Below, in pieces: positions 55,685 through 64,000 of a stretch of 64,000 nt of DNA. The notes beneath the pieces were generated by a model. That model made no database searches. It was not told the DNA's origin and saw only the letters and a list, made by a program, of their open reading frames with translations. How positions within the stretch are numbered: the first letter of the stretch is position 1; each line of letters begins with the position of its first letter. Origin of the DNA: a virus; IMG/VR virus record IMGVR_UViG_3300025732_000018; one strand, 5' to 3'. A program made the position numbers and the translations under genes.

Positions 55685-56051
55685 CGTAATTGCTAACTCT
55701 CTCAACATGACTCCCATGTCCGTGGAGGATCCGATCCCGGTCGACCACGTCGAGGACGACTACGACTTCGCTAGAAAGAACCTAAGAGACGTCATCCATC
55801 GCGGAGCGTCTGCCCTAGAGGACATCATCGACATAGCCCAGCAGAGCGAGTCACCTCGAGCCTACGAGGTCGTGTCGACACTCATCGGTCAGATAACCGA
55901 CGCCAACAAGAAGCTTCTAGAGCTGGCAGCCCAGAAGAAGAAGCTTCAGGACGAGAAGCAGTCGGACGGACCATCGACCGTCAACAACAACCTGTTCGTC
56001 GGAAACTCCACCGAGCTTCTAAAGATGCTCAAGGCCAAGGCGAATGAGTGA
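55674..56051 (+). CDS. gp16: Terminase small subunit gp16
   Basis: 'DDYDFARKNL...AQQSESPRAYEV...NNNLFVG'. Confidence 0.88.
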   Translation: MSRDVIANSLNMTPMSVEDPIPVDHVEDDYDFARKNLRDVIHRGASALEDIIDIAQQSESPRAYEVVSTLIGQITDANKKLLELAAQKKKLQDEKQSDGPSTVNNNLFVGNSTELLKMLKAKANE

Positions 56052-57669
56052 CATCTACCTCGGCAACAACAACCTAAAGCGCGCCGGCGTCGTAATAGAC
56101 TTTAAGAGGGAGCAGATCGAGGAGTTCATAAAGTGCTCCCAGGATCCCGTCTACTTCTGCGAGAACTACGTCAAGATCGTCAGCGTCGACAAGGGTCTGA
56201 TCCCGTTCGTCCCTTACGAGTATCAGAAGACCATGTTCAAGCAGATAGTGGGCAACAGGTTCACCATCTGCAAGATGCCTCGCCAGGTCGGTAAGACCAC
56301 CGGAGTCGTCGGTCTCCTCCTGTGGTACGTTCTCTTCAACGAGAACTACAGCATCGCAGTCCTGGCCAACAAGGAGAAGCAGTCCAGGGAGATCTTAGGT
56401 CGCGTCCAGCTGGCCTACGAGTGGCTTCCTAAGTGGCTGCAGCAGGGCATCGTCGAGTGGAACAAGAGCAACATAGTCCTCGAGAACGGCTCGAAGATAA
56501 TGGCCTCGTCCACCTCCTCGAGCGCCATCCGTGGACAGTCCTACAACATGGTGTACCTCGACGAGTTCGCGTTCGTACCCAGGAACATCCAGGACCAGTT
56601 CTTCGCCTCGACCTTCCCGACCATCTCGTCCGGTCAGACCAGTAAGGTGGTGATCACCTCTACCCCCAATGGCATGGACTTGTTCCACAAGCTCTGGGTA
56701 GACTCGGAGCACGACAGGAACACCTACGTCAGGGTAGACGTCCACTGGTCAGACGTCCCAGGTCGCGACGAGGCCTGGCGAGACGAGATGATCAGGAACA
56801 CCAGCGAGCAGCAGTTCAAGCAGGAGTTCGAGTGCGAGTTCCTCGGATCGACCAACACCCTCATCTCAGGATCTTATCTCTCTAAGATGGTTTTCTACCC
56901 TCCGATCGAGTCGAAGAACGGGCTAGACATATACGAGAGGGCTAAGAAGGACCACACCTACGTCTGCGCCGCCGACACCAGTCGAGGGGTGGGACTGGAC
57001 TACTCGGCCTTCGTCATAGTCGACGTCACCGAGTTCCCGTACAAGATGGTGGCCAAGTTCAGGGACAACATGATGGAGCCGGTACTGTTTCCGACCCTCA
57101 TCATAAATACGTGTCGGCACTACAACGACGCCTACGTCTTGGTGGAGGTCAACGACAACGGCCAGCAGATCGTCGACATGCTCTACATGGAGTTCGAGTA
57201 CGAGAACGTTGTCATGACCCAGCCTAACCCAAAGGTGGGCGTAAGGGCCAACTCGGAGGGTGGAAGAAAGACCCGCTTAGGAGTAAAGACCACGGCCACG
57301 GTCAAGAAAGTCGGCTGCTCTAACTTCAAGTCCCTGGTCGAGAACAACAAGCTGTTCATACCGGACTACGACACCATACAGGAGCTGGCCTCCTTCATAG
57401 CCGTAAACTCCTCCTTCCAGGCCGAAGAGGGGAAACATGACGACTTGGTCATGTGTCTGGTCCTGTTCTCGTGGCTGGCTAACCAGCAGTACTTCAGGGA
57501 CCTGACTAGCCTAGACTACAGGAAGCACATAGCGCTAGACAATGAGAGATTTATAGAGGAACAATTGACACCGTTTGGAATGATCGAGGACGGCCGGGAC
57601 GAGTACCAGGATGACAACGGGTACAGAATCATTGACTCCAATAGCTTTGATAGGGATCTCCTCCTATAA
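56044..57669 (+). CDS. gp17: Terminase large subunit gp17
   Basis: Walker A 'PRQVGKTT', Walker B 'YLDEFAF', 'STPNG', nuclease 'HDDLVM'. Confidence 0.96.
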   Translation: MSDIYLGNNNLKRAGVVIDFKREQIEEFIKCSQDPVYFCENYVKIVSVDKGLIPFVPYEYQKTMFKQIVGNRFTICKMPRQVGKTTGVVGLLLWYVLFNENYSIAVLANKEKQSREILGRVQLAYEWLPKWLQQGIVEWNKSNIVLENGSKIMASSTSSSAIRGQSYNMVYLDEFAFVPRNIQDQFFASTFPTISSGQTSKVVITSTPNGMDLFHKLWVDSEHDRNTYVRVDVHWSDVPGRDEAWRDEMIRNTSEQQFKQEFECEFLGSTNTLISGSYLSKMVFYPPIESKNGLDIYERAKKDHTYVCAADTSRGVGLDYSAFVIVDVTEFPYKMVAKFRDNMMEPVLFPTLIINTCRHYNDAYVLVEVNDNGQQIVDMLYMEFEYENVVMTQPNPKVGVRANSEGGRKTRLGVKTTATVKKVGCSNFKSLVENNKLFIPDYDTIQELASFIAVNSSFQAEEGKHDDLVMCLVLFSWLANQQYFRDLTSLDYRKHIALDNERFIEEQLTPFGMIEDGRDEYQDDNGYRIIDSNSFDRDLLL

Positions 57670-57680
57670 TTCTACCAATT

Positions 57681-57688
57681 GATAAATA
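57681..57688 (+). promoter_or_regulatory. Late promoter (GATAAATA)
   Basis: Intergenic, upstream of gp18 (AAGGAG RBS). Confidence 0.7.
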
Positions 57689-57738
57689 AACGAGTAAGAA
57701 AAGAATTGAAAACGTTCTTATCATAAAAGGAGATCACA

Positions 57739-59838
57739 ATGCCATTTCAGGTTTCACCGGGCGTAAATGTCTCTGAGATTGACCTTACTACGATCGTCCC
57801 TGCAGTATCCACCACAGAGGGTGGTATCGCGGGTGTCTTTCGCTGGGGTCCAATCGAAGACCGCCAACTAATAAGCAACGAGGATGAGCTCGTCCGCTCG
57901 TACGGCAAGCCGGACGACAACAACTACGAGACCTTCTTCACTGCAGCATCGTTCCTAGCCTACGGTAACAAGCTGTACGTCTCTCGCGCCGCGGCGTCCA
58001 ACGCCTACAACGCTAGGGCAAACACCGCTGGTACCGCTACCTCTGTCCAGATCAAGAACAAGGTAGCCTTCGAGACGTTCACCCCGGACGCCAACGTCAC
58101 TTTCTACGCTAAGTACGCAGGCGCCCTCGGTAACTCTCTCAAGGTCTCGGTCATCGACAGTGAGGCAGCATACCACAGCCTCATCTTTGGAGACACGACT
58201 TCTACGGTATCAGTAGTTGGCGACTCTACTGCCGCCGGCGACGGTACGGTTCCAGTAGCAAACGGCATCTTTGCAGACGCCAACAGCATCTTGCAGGTTA
58301 CTGGTACGGTCGGAAGCGCGAACCTAACCGTCGTCATCAGTAGCACAAGCAGCACTACTGCTAACACGGACTACCAGACCCTTCTGACCAAGCTTACCGT
58401 AGGTGACTACATCCGCGTCGGTGACTCGACTGTCGGCTATCAGGACATGAAGATCAAGGCTCTGAACACGGTTCCGGCTTCAAACACTGCTACCGCTATC
58501 ACAGCGATCATCAACTGTGAGAACATATTCGGTCTGTCCGGCAACGTCACGATGAACGACAAGTTCATTCGCTACTGGGAGTTCTACAACACCGTCGACG
58601 CCCCTCCAGGACAGTCGGCTTACATACAGAACAACACTACCAGCACCGTCAAGGACGAGATGCACATCGTTGTCGTCGATGCTGACGGCAAGTGGACAGG
58701 TATCAAGGGCACTATCCTTGAGGCTTGGGAAGGTCTCTCTCGCGCTACCGACGCTAAGTCGGAGCAGGGTGGAACCCTTTACTATAAAGAAGTTCTCAAG
58801 AACGGTTCAAGATACCTCTACGCTGGATCTAACAGGTCTGGGTCGGCTACAGGCACTGCTGCCGCTCTTACGGCTTCAACAAACACCAAGCCTCTCTCGG
58901 CAGTCATGTCTGACGGCACCGACGGTGTGTCTGAGACTGCGATCTCGGTGTCTGCTCTCGCCAATGCCTACGACCAGTTCAAGTCAGCTGAGGACGTCGA
59001 CATCAGTCTAGTTCTGGCTGGTAAGGCGATCGGAGGCACCAACGGAGAACAGGTAGCCAACTACCTCATCGACAACATCGCTGAGTTCCGCAGGGACTGC
59101 GTGGTGTTCGTATCTCCTGACGTTAACGACGTGGTCAACAACGTCGGTGAGGAAGTCGAGGCTCTCGTTGCTTTCCGCGACGGACTTCGCTCGACCTCAT
59201 ACGCGGTCATGGACAGCGGCTACAAGTACATGTACGACCGCTACAACGACAAGTATCGCTACGTACCTCTGAACGGCGACACCGCCGGTCTCTGCGTTCG
59301 TACCGACGACCTCCGCGACCCTTGGTTCTCACCGGCCGGCTTCAACCGCGGTCAGATCAAGAACGTGGTTCGTCTGGCCTACAATCCAGACAAGGCCGAC
59401 CGCGACGTCCTCTACAAGAAGGGCATCAACCCGGTCGTCACCTTCCCTGGTCAGGGCACCATTCTCTACGGAGACAAGACTCTCCTGGCCAAGCCGTCGG
59501 CTTTCGACAGGATCAACGTCCGCCGTCTCTTCATCGTTCTTGAGAAGTCGATCGCGACCTCTGCTAAGTTCACCCTGTTCGAGTTCAACGACGAGTTCAC
59601 CAGGGCGACCTTCAAGAACCTGGTTGAGCCGTTCCTTCGCGACGTGCAGGGAAGGCGCGGTATCTATGACTTCAAGGTGGTCTGCGACACGACCAACAAC
59701 ACCCCTGAGGTCATCGACCGCAACGAGTTCATTGGCGACATCTATATCAAGCCTGCTCGCTCCATCAACTTCATTCAGCTCAACTTTGTGGCTGTGAGGA
59801 CGGGCGTGCAGTTTGAAGAAGTCGTCGGCAGGTTCTAA
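57739..59838 (+). CDS. gp18: Tail sheath protein gp18
   Basis: 'SPGVNVSEIDLT', 'PWFSPAGFNRG', 'FDRINVRRLF', 'KPARSINFIQLNF'. Confidence 0.96.
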   Translation: MPFQVSPGVNVSEIDLTTIVPAVSTTEGGIAGVFRWGPIEDRQLISNEDELVRSYGKPDDNNYETFFTAASFLAYGNKLYVSRAAASNAYNARANTAGTATSVQIKNKVAFETFTPDANVTFYAKYAGALGNSLKVSVIDSEAAYHSLIFGDTTSTVSVVGDSTAAGDGTVPVANGIFADANSILQVTGTVGSANLTVVISSTSSTTANTDYQTLLTKLTVGDYIRVGDSTVGYQDMKIKALNTVPASNTATAITAIINCENIFGLSGNVTMNDKFIRYWEFYNTVDAPPGQSAYIQNNTTSTVKDEMHIVVVDADGKWTGIKGTILEAWEGLSRATDAKSEQGGTLYYKEVLKNGSRYLYAGSNRSGSATGTAAALTASTNTKPLSAVMSDGTDGVSETAISVSALANAYDQFKSAEDVDISLVLAGKAIGGTNGEQVANYLIDNIAEFRRDCVVFVSPDVNDVVNNVGEEVEALVAFRDGLRSTSYAVMDSGYKYMYDRYNDKYRYVPLNGDTAGLCVRTDDLRDPWFSPAGFNRGQIKNVVRLAYNPDKADRDVLYKKGINPVVTFPGQGTILYGDKTLLAKPSAFDRINVRRLFIVLEKSIATSAKFTLFEFNDEFTRATFKNLVEPFLRDVQGRRGIYDFKVVCDTTNNTPEVIDRNEFIGDIYIKPARSINFIQLNFVAVRTGVQFEEVVGRF

Positions 59839-59850
59839 TAGGAGGGAATA

Positions 59851-60402
59851 ATGGCTTTCAGCATTAACGACATCAGAAGCCAGCTTACCTTCGGTGGTGC
59901 TCGCCCCAACCTGTTTCAGGTGGCGATCACTAACCCGATCAACCCGGCAGCTGACCTCAAGGTACCGTTCATGGCAAAGGCGACTACCCTGCCTGAGTCA
60001 AACATCGGTCTCATCGAGGTACCTTACTTCGGCCGCAAGATCAAGCTGGCAGGCGACAGAACGTTCGCCGAGTGGACTACCACTATCATCAACGACGAGG
60101 ACTTCCTGATCAGGAACGCCCTCGAGCAGTGGATCAACACCATACAGTCGCCGGAGTCCAACCTCCGCGAGCTGGCTAACCCGTCGCCTCTTCTGTACAA
60201 GTCTCAGGCGACTGTTACTCAGTTCGGAAAGACCGGCGACGTGCTTCGCATCTACCAGTTCAACGGGATCTACCCTCAGACTCTCGCGCCGATCGATCTC
60301 TCTTGGGAGTCGGTCGACACGATCGAGGAGTTCCAGGTGACCTGGCAGTACGACAGCTTCGAGGTCATCGGTGGAATCACCGGGATCCCTGGTCCAGTAT
60401 AA
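59851..60402 (+). CDS. gp19: Tail tube protein gp19
   Basis: 'GGARPNLFQV...AGDRTFAEWTTTIINDEDF.IRNALEQW...IEEFQVTWQYD'. Confidence 0.95.
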   Translation: MAFSINDIRSQLTFGGARPNLFQVAITNPINPAADLKVPFMAKATTLPESNIGLIEVPYFGRKIKLAGDRTFAEWTTTIINDEDFLIRNALEQWINTIQSPESNLRELANPSPLLYKSQATVTQFGKTGDVLRIYQFNGIYPQTLAPIDLSWESVDTIEEFQVTWQYDSFEVIGGITGIPGPV

Positions 60403-60416
60403 TAAGTGACTCAATG

Positions 60417-60444
60417 GAGGGGCTATAAATGTATATAGCCCCTC
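60417..60444 (+). terminator. 11-bp stem-loop after gp19 containing a late-box-like sequence
   Basis: GAGGGGCTATA-AATGTA-TATAGCCCCTC; weak U-tail; TATAAATG at 60424-60431. Confidence 0.5.
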
Positions 60445-60464
60445 TATACTATTAGGAAATCATC

Positions 60465-61979
60465 ATGGATCTGTTCGGCTTTAAGATTGTTAAGAAGAGC
60501 GACGAGGAGAAGCAACCTCTGTCGTTCGCACCGCCCGTCGAGGACGACGGCGCGGTAGTCGTCGCTGCCGGTGGCTACTACGGTACGTACGTAGACCTCG
60601 AAGGTACGACGAAGAATGAGAACGACCTGATCACCCGCTACCGCGAGATGTCGCTTCAGCCGGAGTGTGAGAGCGCGATCGACGACATCGTCAACGACGC
60701 CATCATAACTGACGAGGACGAGATAGTCACGATCAACCTAGACACCGTCGAGGTCCCTGAGAACATCAAGGAGATCATCAAAGACGAGTTTGACGAGATC
60801 AAGAAACTTCTCAACTTTGACAGCACTGCGTACGAGTTGTTCAAGCGTTGGTACATCGACGGTCGGTTGAACTATCACATACTGATAGATCCTGACAACC
60901 CGATGGACGGAATCAAGGAGCTCAGGTACCTTGACCCAAGAAAGATTAAGAAGATCAGACAGGTAGAGGCGAAGCGCAAGGGCGCGGCCACTATGAAGAA
61001 GGTCAAGGAAGAGTTCTACATCTACAACGACAGGGGCTTTGGCAAGGGTTCCGTGGCTCTTACTCAAGGTGACCACAGCAGCACTCAGGGTCTCAGGATC
61101 GCCAGAGACTCGATACTAAGCGTTACTTCGGGCCTCACAGACCAGAACAACATGGTCGTACTGTCGTACCTACATAAGGCGATCAAGCCGCTCAACCAGC
61201 TCAGGACCCTAGAGGACGCGACGGTCATCTACAGGATGTCTCGAGCTCCGGAGCGCAGGATATTCTACATCGACGTCGGTAACCTTCCTAAGATGAAGGC
61301 CGAGCAGTATCTTCGTGACATGATGGTCAAGCACAAGAACCGACTGATCTACGACGCCAGCACCGGTGAGATCAGGGACGATCGTAAGTTCATGACCATG
61401 ATGGAGGACTACTGGCTCCCTCGTCGCGACGGCAACAGGGGAACCGAGATCCAGACTCTTCCAGGCGGGCAGAACCTAGGTGAGCTCGAGGACGTTAAGT
61501 ACTTCAGAAAGAAGCTTTACAACGCCCTCAACGTTCCAGTTAGTCGTCTTGAGACTGAGACTGGGTTCAACATGGGTAGGACCAGCGAGATCTCTCGAGA
61601 CGAGGTGAAGTTCACCAAGTTCATCTCTAGGCTGAGAAAGAGGTTCTCGATCCTGTTCCTTAAGGCTCTCGAAAAGCAGCTAATCCTTAAGAACGTGATC
61701 ACTCCAGAGGACTGGCCGGATCTGCAGTACAAGATCGGCTTTGACTTCGCTAACGACAACTTCTTCGGCGAGCTCAAAGACAACGACATCCTCAAGGAGA
61801 GAATCGCGATCGCCGATGGGATACAGACCTACATCGGAAAGTACTTCTCGAACGAGTGGGTCAGGAAGAACGTGTTCAAGCAGACTGACGAGGACATCAA
61901 GAACGAGGACGCTCTGATAAAGCAAGAAACTCCCGAGATGACCCCTCTGCCTCCAGGCACGCCGCCTCAGACAGAGTAA
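60465..61979 (+). CDS. gp20: Portal vertex protein gp20
   Basis: 'YRMSRAPERRIFYIDVGNLPKMKAEQYL...EDYWLPRRDGNRGTEIQTLPGGQNLG'. Confidence 0.96.
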   Translation: MDLFGFKIVKKSDEEKQPLSFAPPVEDDGAVVVAAGGYYGTYVDLEGTTKNENDLITRYREMSLQPECESAIDDIVNDAIITDEDEIVTINLDTVEVPENIKEIIKDEFDEIKKLLNFDSTAYELFKRWYIDGRLNYHILIDPDNPMDGIKELRYLDPRKIKKIRQVEAKRKGAATMKKVKEEFYIYNDRGFGKGSVALTQGDHSSTQGLRIARDSILSVTSGLTDQNNMVVLSYLHKAIKPLNQLRTLEDATVIYRMSRAPERRIFYIDVGNLPKMKAEQYLRDMMVKHKNRLIYDASTGEIRDDRKFMTMMEDYWLPRRDGNRGTEIQTLPGGQNLGELEDVKYFRKKLYNALNVPVSRLETETGFNMGRTSEISRDEVKFTKFISRLRKRFSILFLKALEKQLILKNVITPEDWPDLQYKIGFDFANDNFFGELKDNDILKERIAIADGIQTYIGKYFSNEWVRKNVFKQTDEDIKNEDALIKQETPEMTPLPPGTPPQTE

Positions 61980-61988
61980 CGAGCTTTT

Positions 61989-61996
61989 GATAAATA
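61989..61996 (+). promoter_or_regulatory. Late promoter (GATAAATA)
   Basis: Intergenic, upstream of the gp67-like gene (AGGAG RBS). Confidence 0.7.
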
Positions 61997-62018
61997 AAGA
62001 AGACAGGAGATAGTTATC

Positions 62019-62267
62019 ATGGACAATGAAGTAACTGCGGCAGACGTAGTCAATGGAATCATGAGTGGAAACTCGATGGATGCCAAGAGCGCCTTCGACT
62101 CGCTGGTAACGGCTAGAGTCGGAGAGTTGATAAACATGGCAAGACCGGACGTAGCGGCGTCGCTGTTCTCAGACGACGAGGTTCGGGTCGAGGAAGACAT
62201 CAACACGAATCTAGATAGCGAAGAAGGATCAGTAGATGGCGATCAAGTTCAATCAGTTCCAGAGTAA
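62019..62267 (+). CDS. gp67: Prohead core protein gp67-like
   Basis: Small protein with an acidic tail directly after the portal gene: 'AKSAFDSLVTARV...VAASLF'. Confidence 0.65.
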   Translation: MDNEVTAADVVNGIMSGNSMDAKSAFDSLVTARVGELINMARPDVAASLFSDDEVRVEEDINTNLDSEEGSVDGDQVQSVPE

Positions 62268-64000
62268 GATCGAGGAGATCTATACTCCTCGAGCAGAAGA
62301 CGAGAAGCGCTTCGCCGCTAAGCACGTCGTCGCCGTCACCAAGGACGCGGCCGGCAACCCTCCTGACTTTGCCACCAAGGGCATGGCCGGGAAGAAGAAG
62401 CGACTCGCGGACACCGACTCTGAGGAGCAGAAGAAGGTTTACGAGTACGCGTATCCCTACGTTCCTAATCAGATAGCCTACGAAGATGACGACTCCGGCG
62501 AGACTGAGGTCGAGCCGTCTGAGCCAGCAGAGACTGACTACGAGGGTGAGATGGCCAAGGCCGAGCTCAGGGCGGTAGCGTCTAAGGCTGGGGCTCTTGC
62601 CCAGATGATGGACGACGAGATGGAGCTAGAAGCTTGGCTTCAGTCAAAGATCTCGGTCGCTAAGAAAGACATCGACACCGTGTACGACTACGTTGTCTTC
62701 AGCATGATGCCGAGGATGAACACCGAGGAGTTCGAGTCTGCTCTCGAGATGCTCTCTGAGGAAGCCCTTGAAGAGGTGCTCAGAAAGTCTGACTCAGCTG
62801 GCAAGTGGATCAGCGACTTCGTTCACTCTGACAACCCAAAGTTCAAGGGTAAGTCAAAGAAGCAGAGGATGAAGCAGGCTCTCGCGGCTTACTACGCTAA
62901 GCAGCGCAACGAGTCGGTCGAGATGGACGAGGCTCGTCGCAGCGAGGACTATCTCGGTACCGTTCACAAGGATGACCCAGACTACGACAAGAAGATCGCT
63001 GCTTATAGGAAAGATCACGTAGTAAGAATTCGCGGTCGAGCACCGAAGCCAGAGCATAAAGACAAGTACAAGCGCGGCGGTGAGCTCTATCGCTCTTCGT
63101 CTCAAGACGTCAAGCCTGAGCACGCTTCTAGAGTAGACATCTATTCTCGCGGTAAGAAGAAGACCGTCAAGGAAGAGGTCGATCTCGAAGAGGGTGTGGT
63201 CGACGTATACGCTCACGAGCGCAAGGACGACAGCCACAAACTACAGGACTGGTCGAAGGCCAAGCTAGACAAGTATAGAAAGATGCCACACGGCTCTCAT
63301 TCTAACAAGGACATCGAGGACGAGCACAAACGTCGAATCAGGACCTCTGAGTACGAGATGCGCTCCAAGGAGCCAGTCAAGGAAGAGGTCGAGCAGATCG
63401 ACGAGCTCTCGAAGAAGACCATGCTTAGCTACGTCGACAAAGCTCTAAGAGACAAGAGAAGAACTGATCGTGCACATGGTATTGAGAGCAACAAGCCATA
63501 CTCTACGTCAGCTGCTGGAAAAAGTGACTATAGTGTCAAGTTGCTCGGCAAAGAGTCTGACAAGCGTCACAAAGGTATCGTGACGGCAACTAAGAAGCTA
63601 GCTAAAGAAGACGTCGAGCAGATCGACGAGCTCTCAAAGAAGACTCTAGGTTCTTACATTAAGAAGTCTGCAGAAAAAGTTCATAAGTCGTCTTTCATGG
63701 CTGCTAAAGATAAGCCAGAAAATGCTGCTAAGCATGGTATGGATTCTTATAAGCGTATTGAAGGTATTCGCAAAGCTACAGATAAGTTAACCAAAGAAGA
63801 AGTTGAGCTAGACGAGGCAAAGCGCGGTCGTCCTCGCAAAGACGGATCTTCATCCGGTGAGGACGAGGGTGGTCGCGAGCACATTGTGATTCAGCTTCGC
63901 AAGGCCATCAACCTTCGCGGTCAGAAGCACGTCGAGTTCAACAGCGGTGAGAAGCATCAGGTTCCAGTCGATCATGCTAAGAAAGCTCTCGACATGCACG
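62236..64000 (+). CDS. Large prohead-core / internal-head polyprotein, 3'-truncated by the window edge
   Basis: Absent from the ORF track because it has no stop. ATG at 62236, open for 588 codons (MAIKFNQFQSKIEEIYTP...HAKKALDMH). Highly charged, with repeated KEEVE(Q)(I/L)DE linkers. Confidence 0.75.
   Translation, partial: MAIKFNQFQSKIEEIYTPRAEDEKRFAAKHVVAVTKDAAGNPPDFATKGMAGKKKRLADTDSEEQKKVYEYAYPYVPNQIAYEDDDSGETEVEPSEPAETDYEGEMAKAELRAVASKAGALAQMMDDEMELEAWLQSKISVAKKDIDTVYDYVVFSMMPRMNTEEFESALEMLSEEALEEVLRKSDSAGKWISDFVHSDNPKFKGKSKKQRMKQALAAYYAKQRNESVEMDEARRSEDYLGTVHKDDPDYDKKIAAYRKDHVVRIRGRAPKPEHKDKYKRGGELYRSSSQDVKPEHASRVDIYSRGKKKTVKEEVDLEEGVVDVYAHERKDDSHKLQDWSKAKLDKYRKMPHGSHSNKDIEDEHKRRIRTSEYEMRSKEPVKEEVEQIDELSKKTMLSYVDKALRDKRRTDRAHGIESNKPYSTSAAGKSDYSVKLLGKESDKRHKGIVTATKKLAKEDVEQIDELSKKTLGSYIKKSAEKVHKSSFMAAKDKPENAAKHGMDSYKRIEGIRKATDKLTKEEVELDEAKRGRPRKDGSSSGEDEGGREHIVIQLRKAINLRGQKHVEFNSGEKHQVPVDHAKKALDMH
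63388..63644 (+). repeat. Direct repeat encoding VEQIDELSKKT
   Basis: GTCGAGCAGATCGACGAGCTCTC(G/A)AAGAAGAC at 63388-63419 and 63613-63644 (31/32 identical). Confidence 0.9.

Noticed and set aside
56044-57669. Intein or intron in the terminase, and CATAAATA at ~57102
   Set aside because: gp17 has normal length with contiguous motifs. The internal box is far from any start codon and is probably chance.
987-63237. Numerous 60-220 aa alternative-frame and antisense ORFs in the track
   Set aside because: All lie within well-supported genes, lack recognisable motifs and are expected shadows of the biased codon usage.
1-64000. tRNA, rRNA, integrase or transposase genes
   Set aside because: None recognised; intergenic gaps are nearly all under 80 nt and contain only promoter/RBS-like elements.

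Overview
Late (virion morphogenesis) region of a large T4-like myophage. Gene order: gp53 (partial), hub, split gp5, gp25, gp6, gp7, gp8, a VrlC-like block split into three genes, small fibre genes, a ~30 kb accessory island, then gp13-gp20, gp67 and a partial prohead-core polyprotein. The island (23255-53316) holds two tandem cassettes of [Pro-poor, Thr/Ser-rich collagen-like fibre + fibre chaperone + RCC1-repeat protein]. Interleaved with them are about five glycosyltransferase domains, two methyltransferase domains and an ADP-heptose operon (hldE, cupin, HAD phosphatase, hldD). Both minus-strand sugar units sit behind the same face-to-face late-promoter cassette (CTTATAAATA-N9-TATTTATC), shared with a structural gene. 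The best candidate for a new system is therefore phage-encoded glycosylation (probably including heptose) of its own collagen/RCC1 fibres. Other highlights: a genetically split gp5 with lysozyme and M15 peptidase domains, a complete 154-aa mini-intein/Hint domain in a baseplate-associated protein, and a modular polyprotein whose units are separated by prohead-protease-like (L/I/M)xE linkers. All family calls come from motif recognition and synteny; no database search was run.
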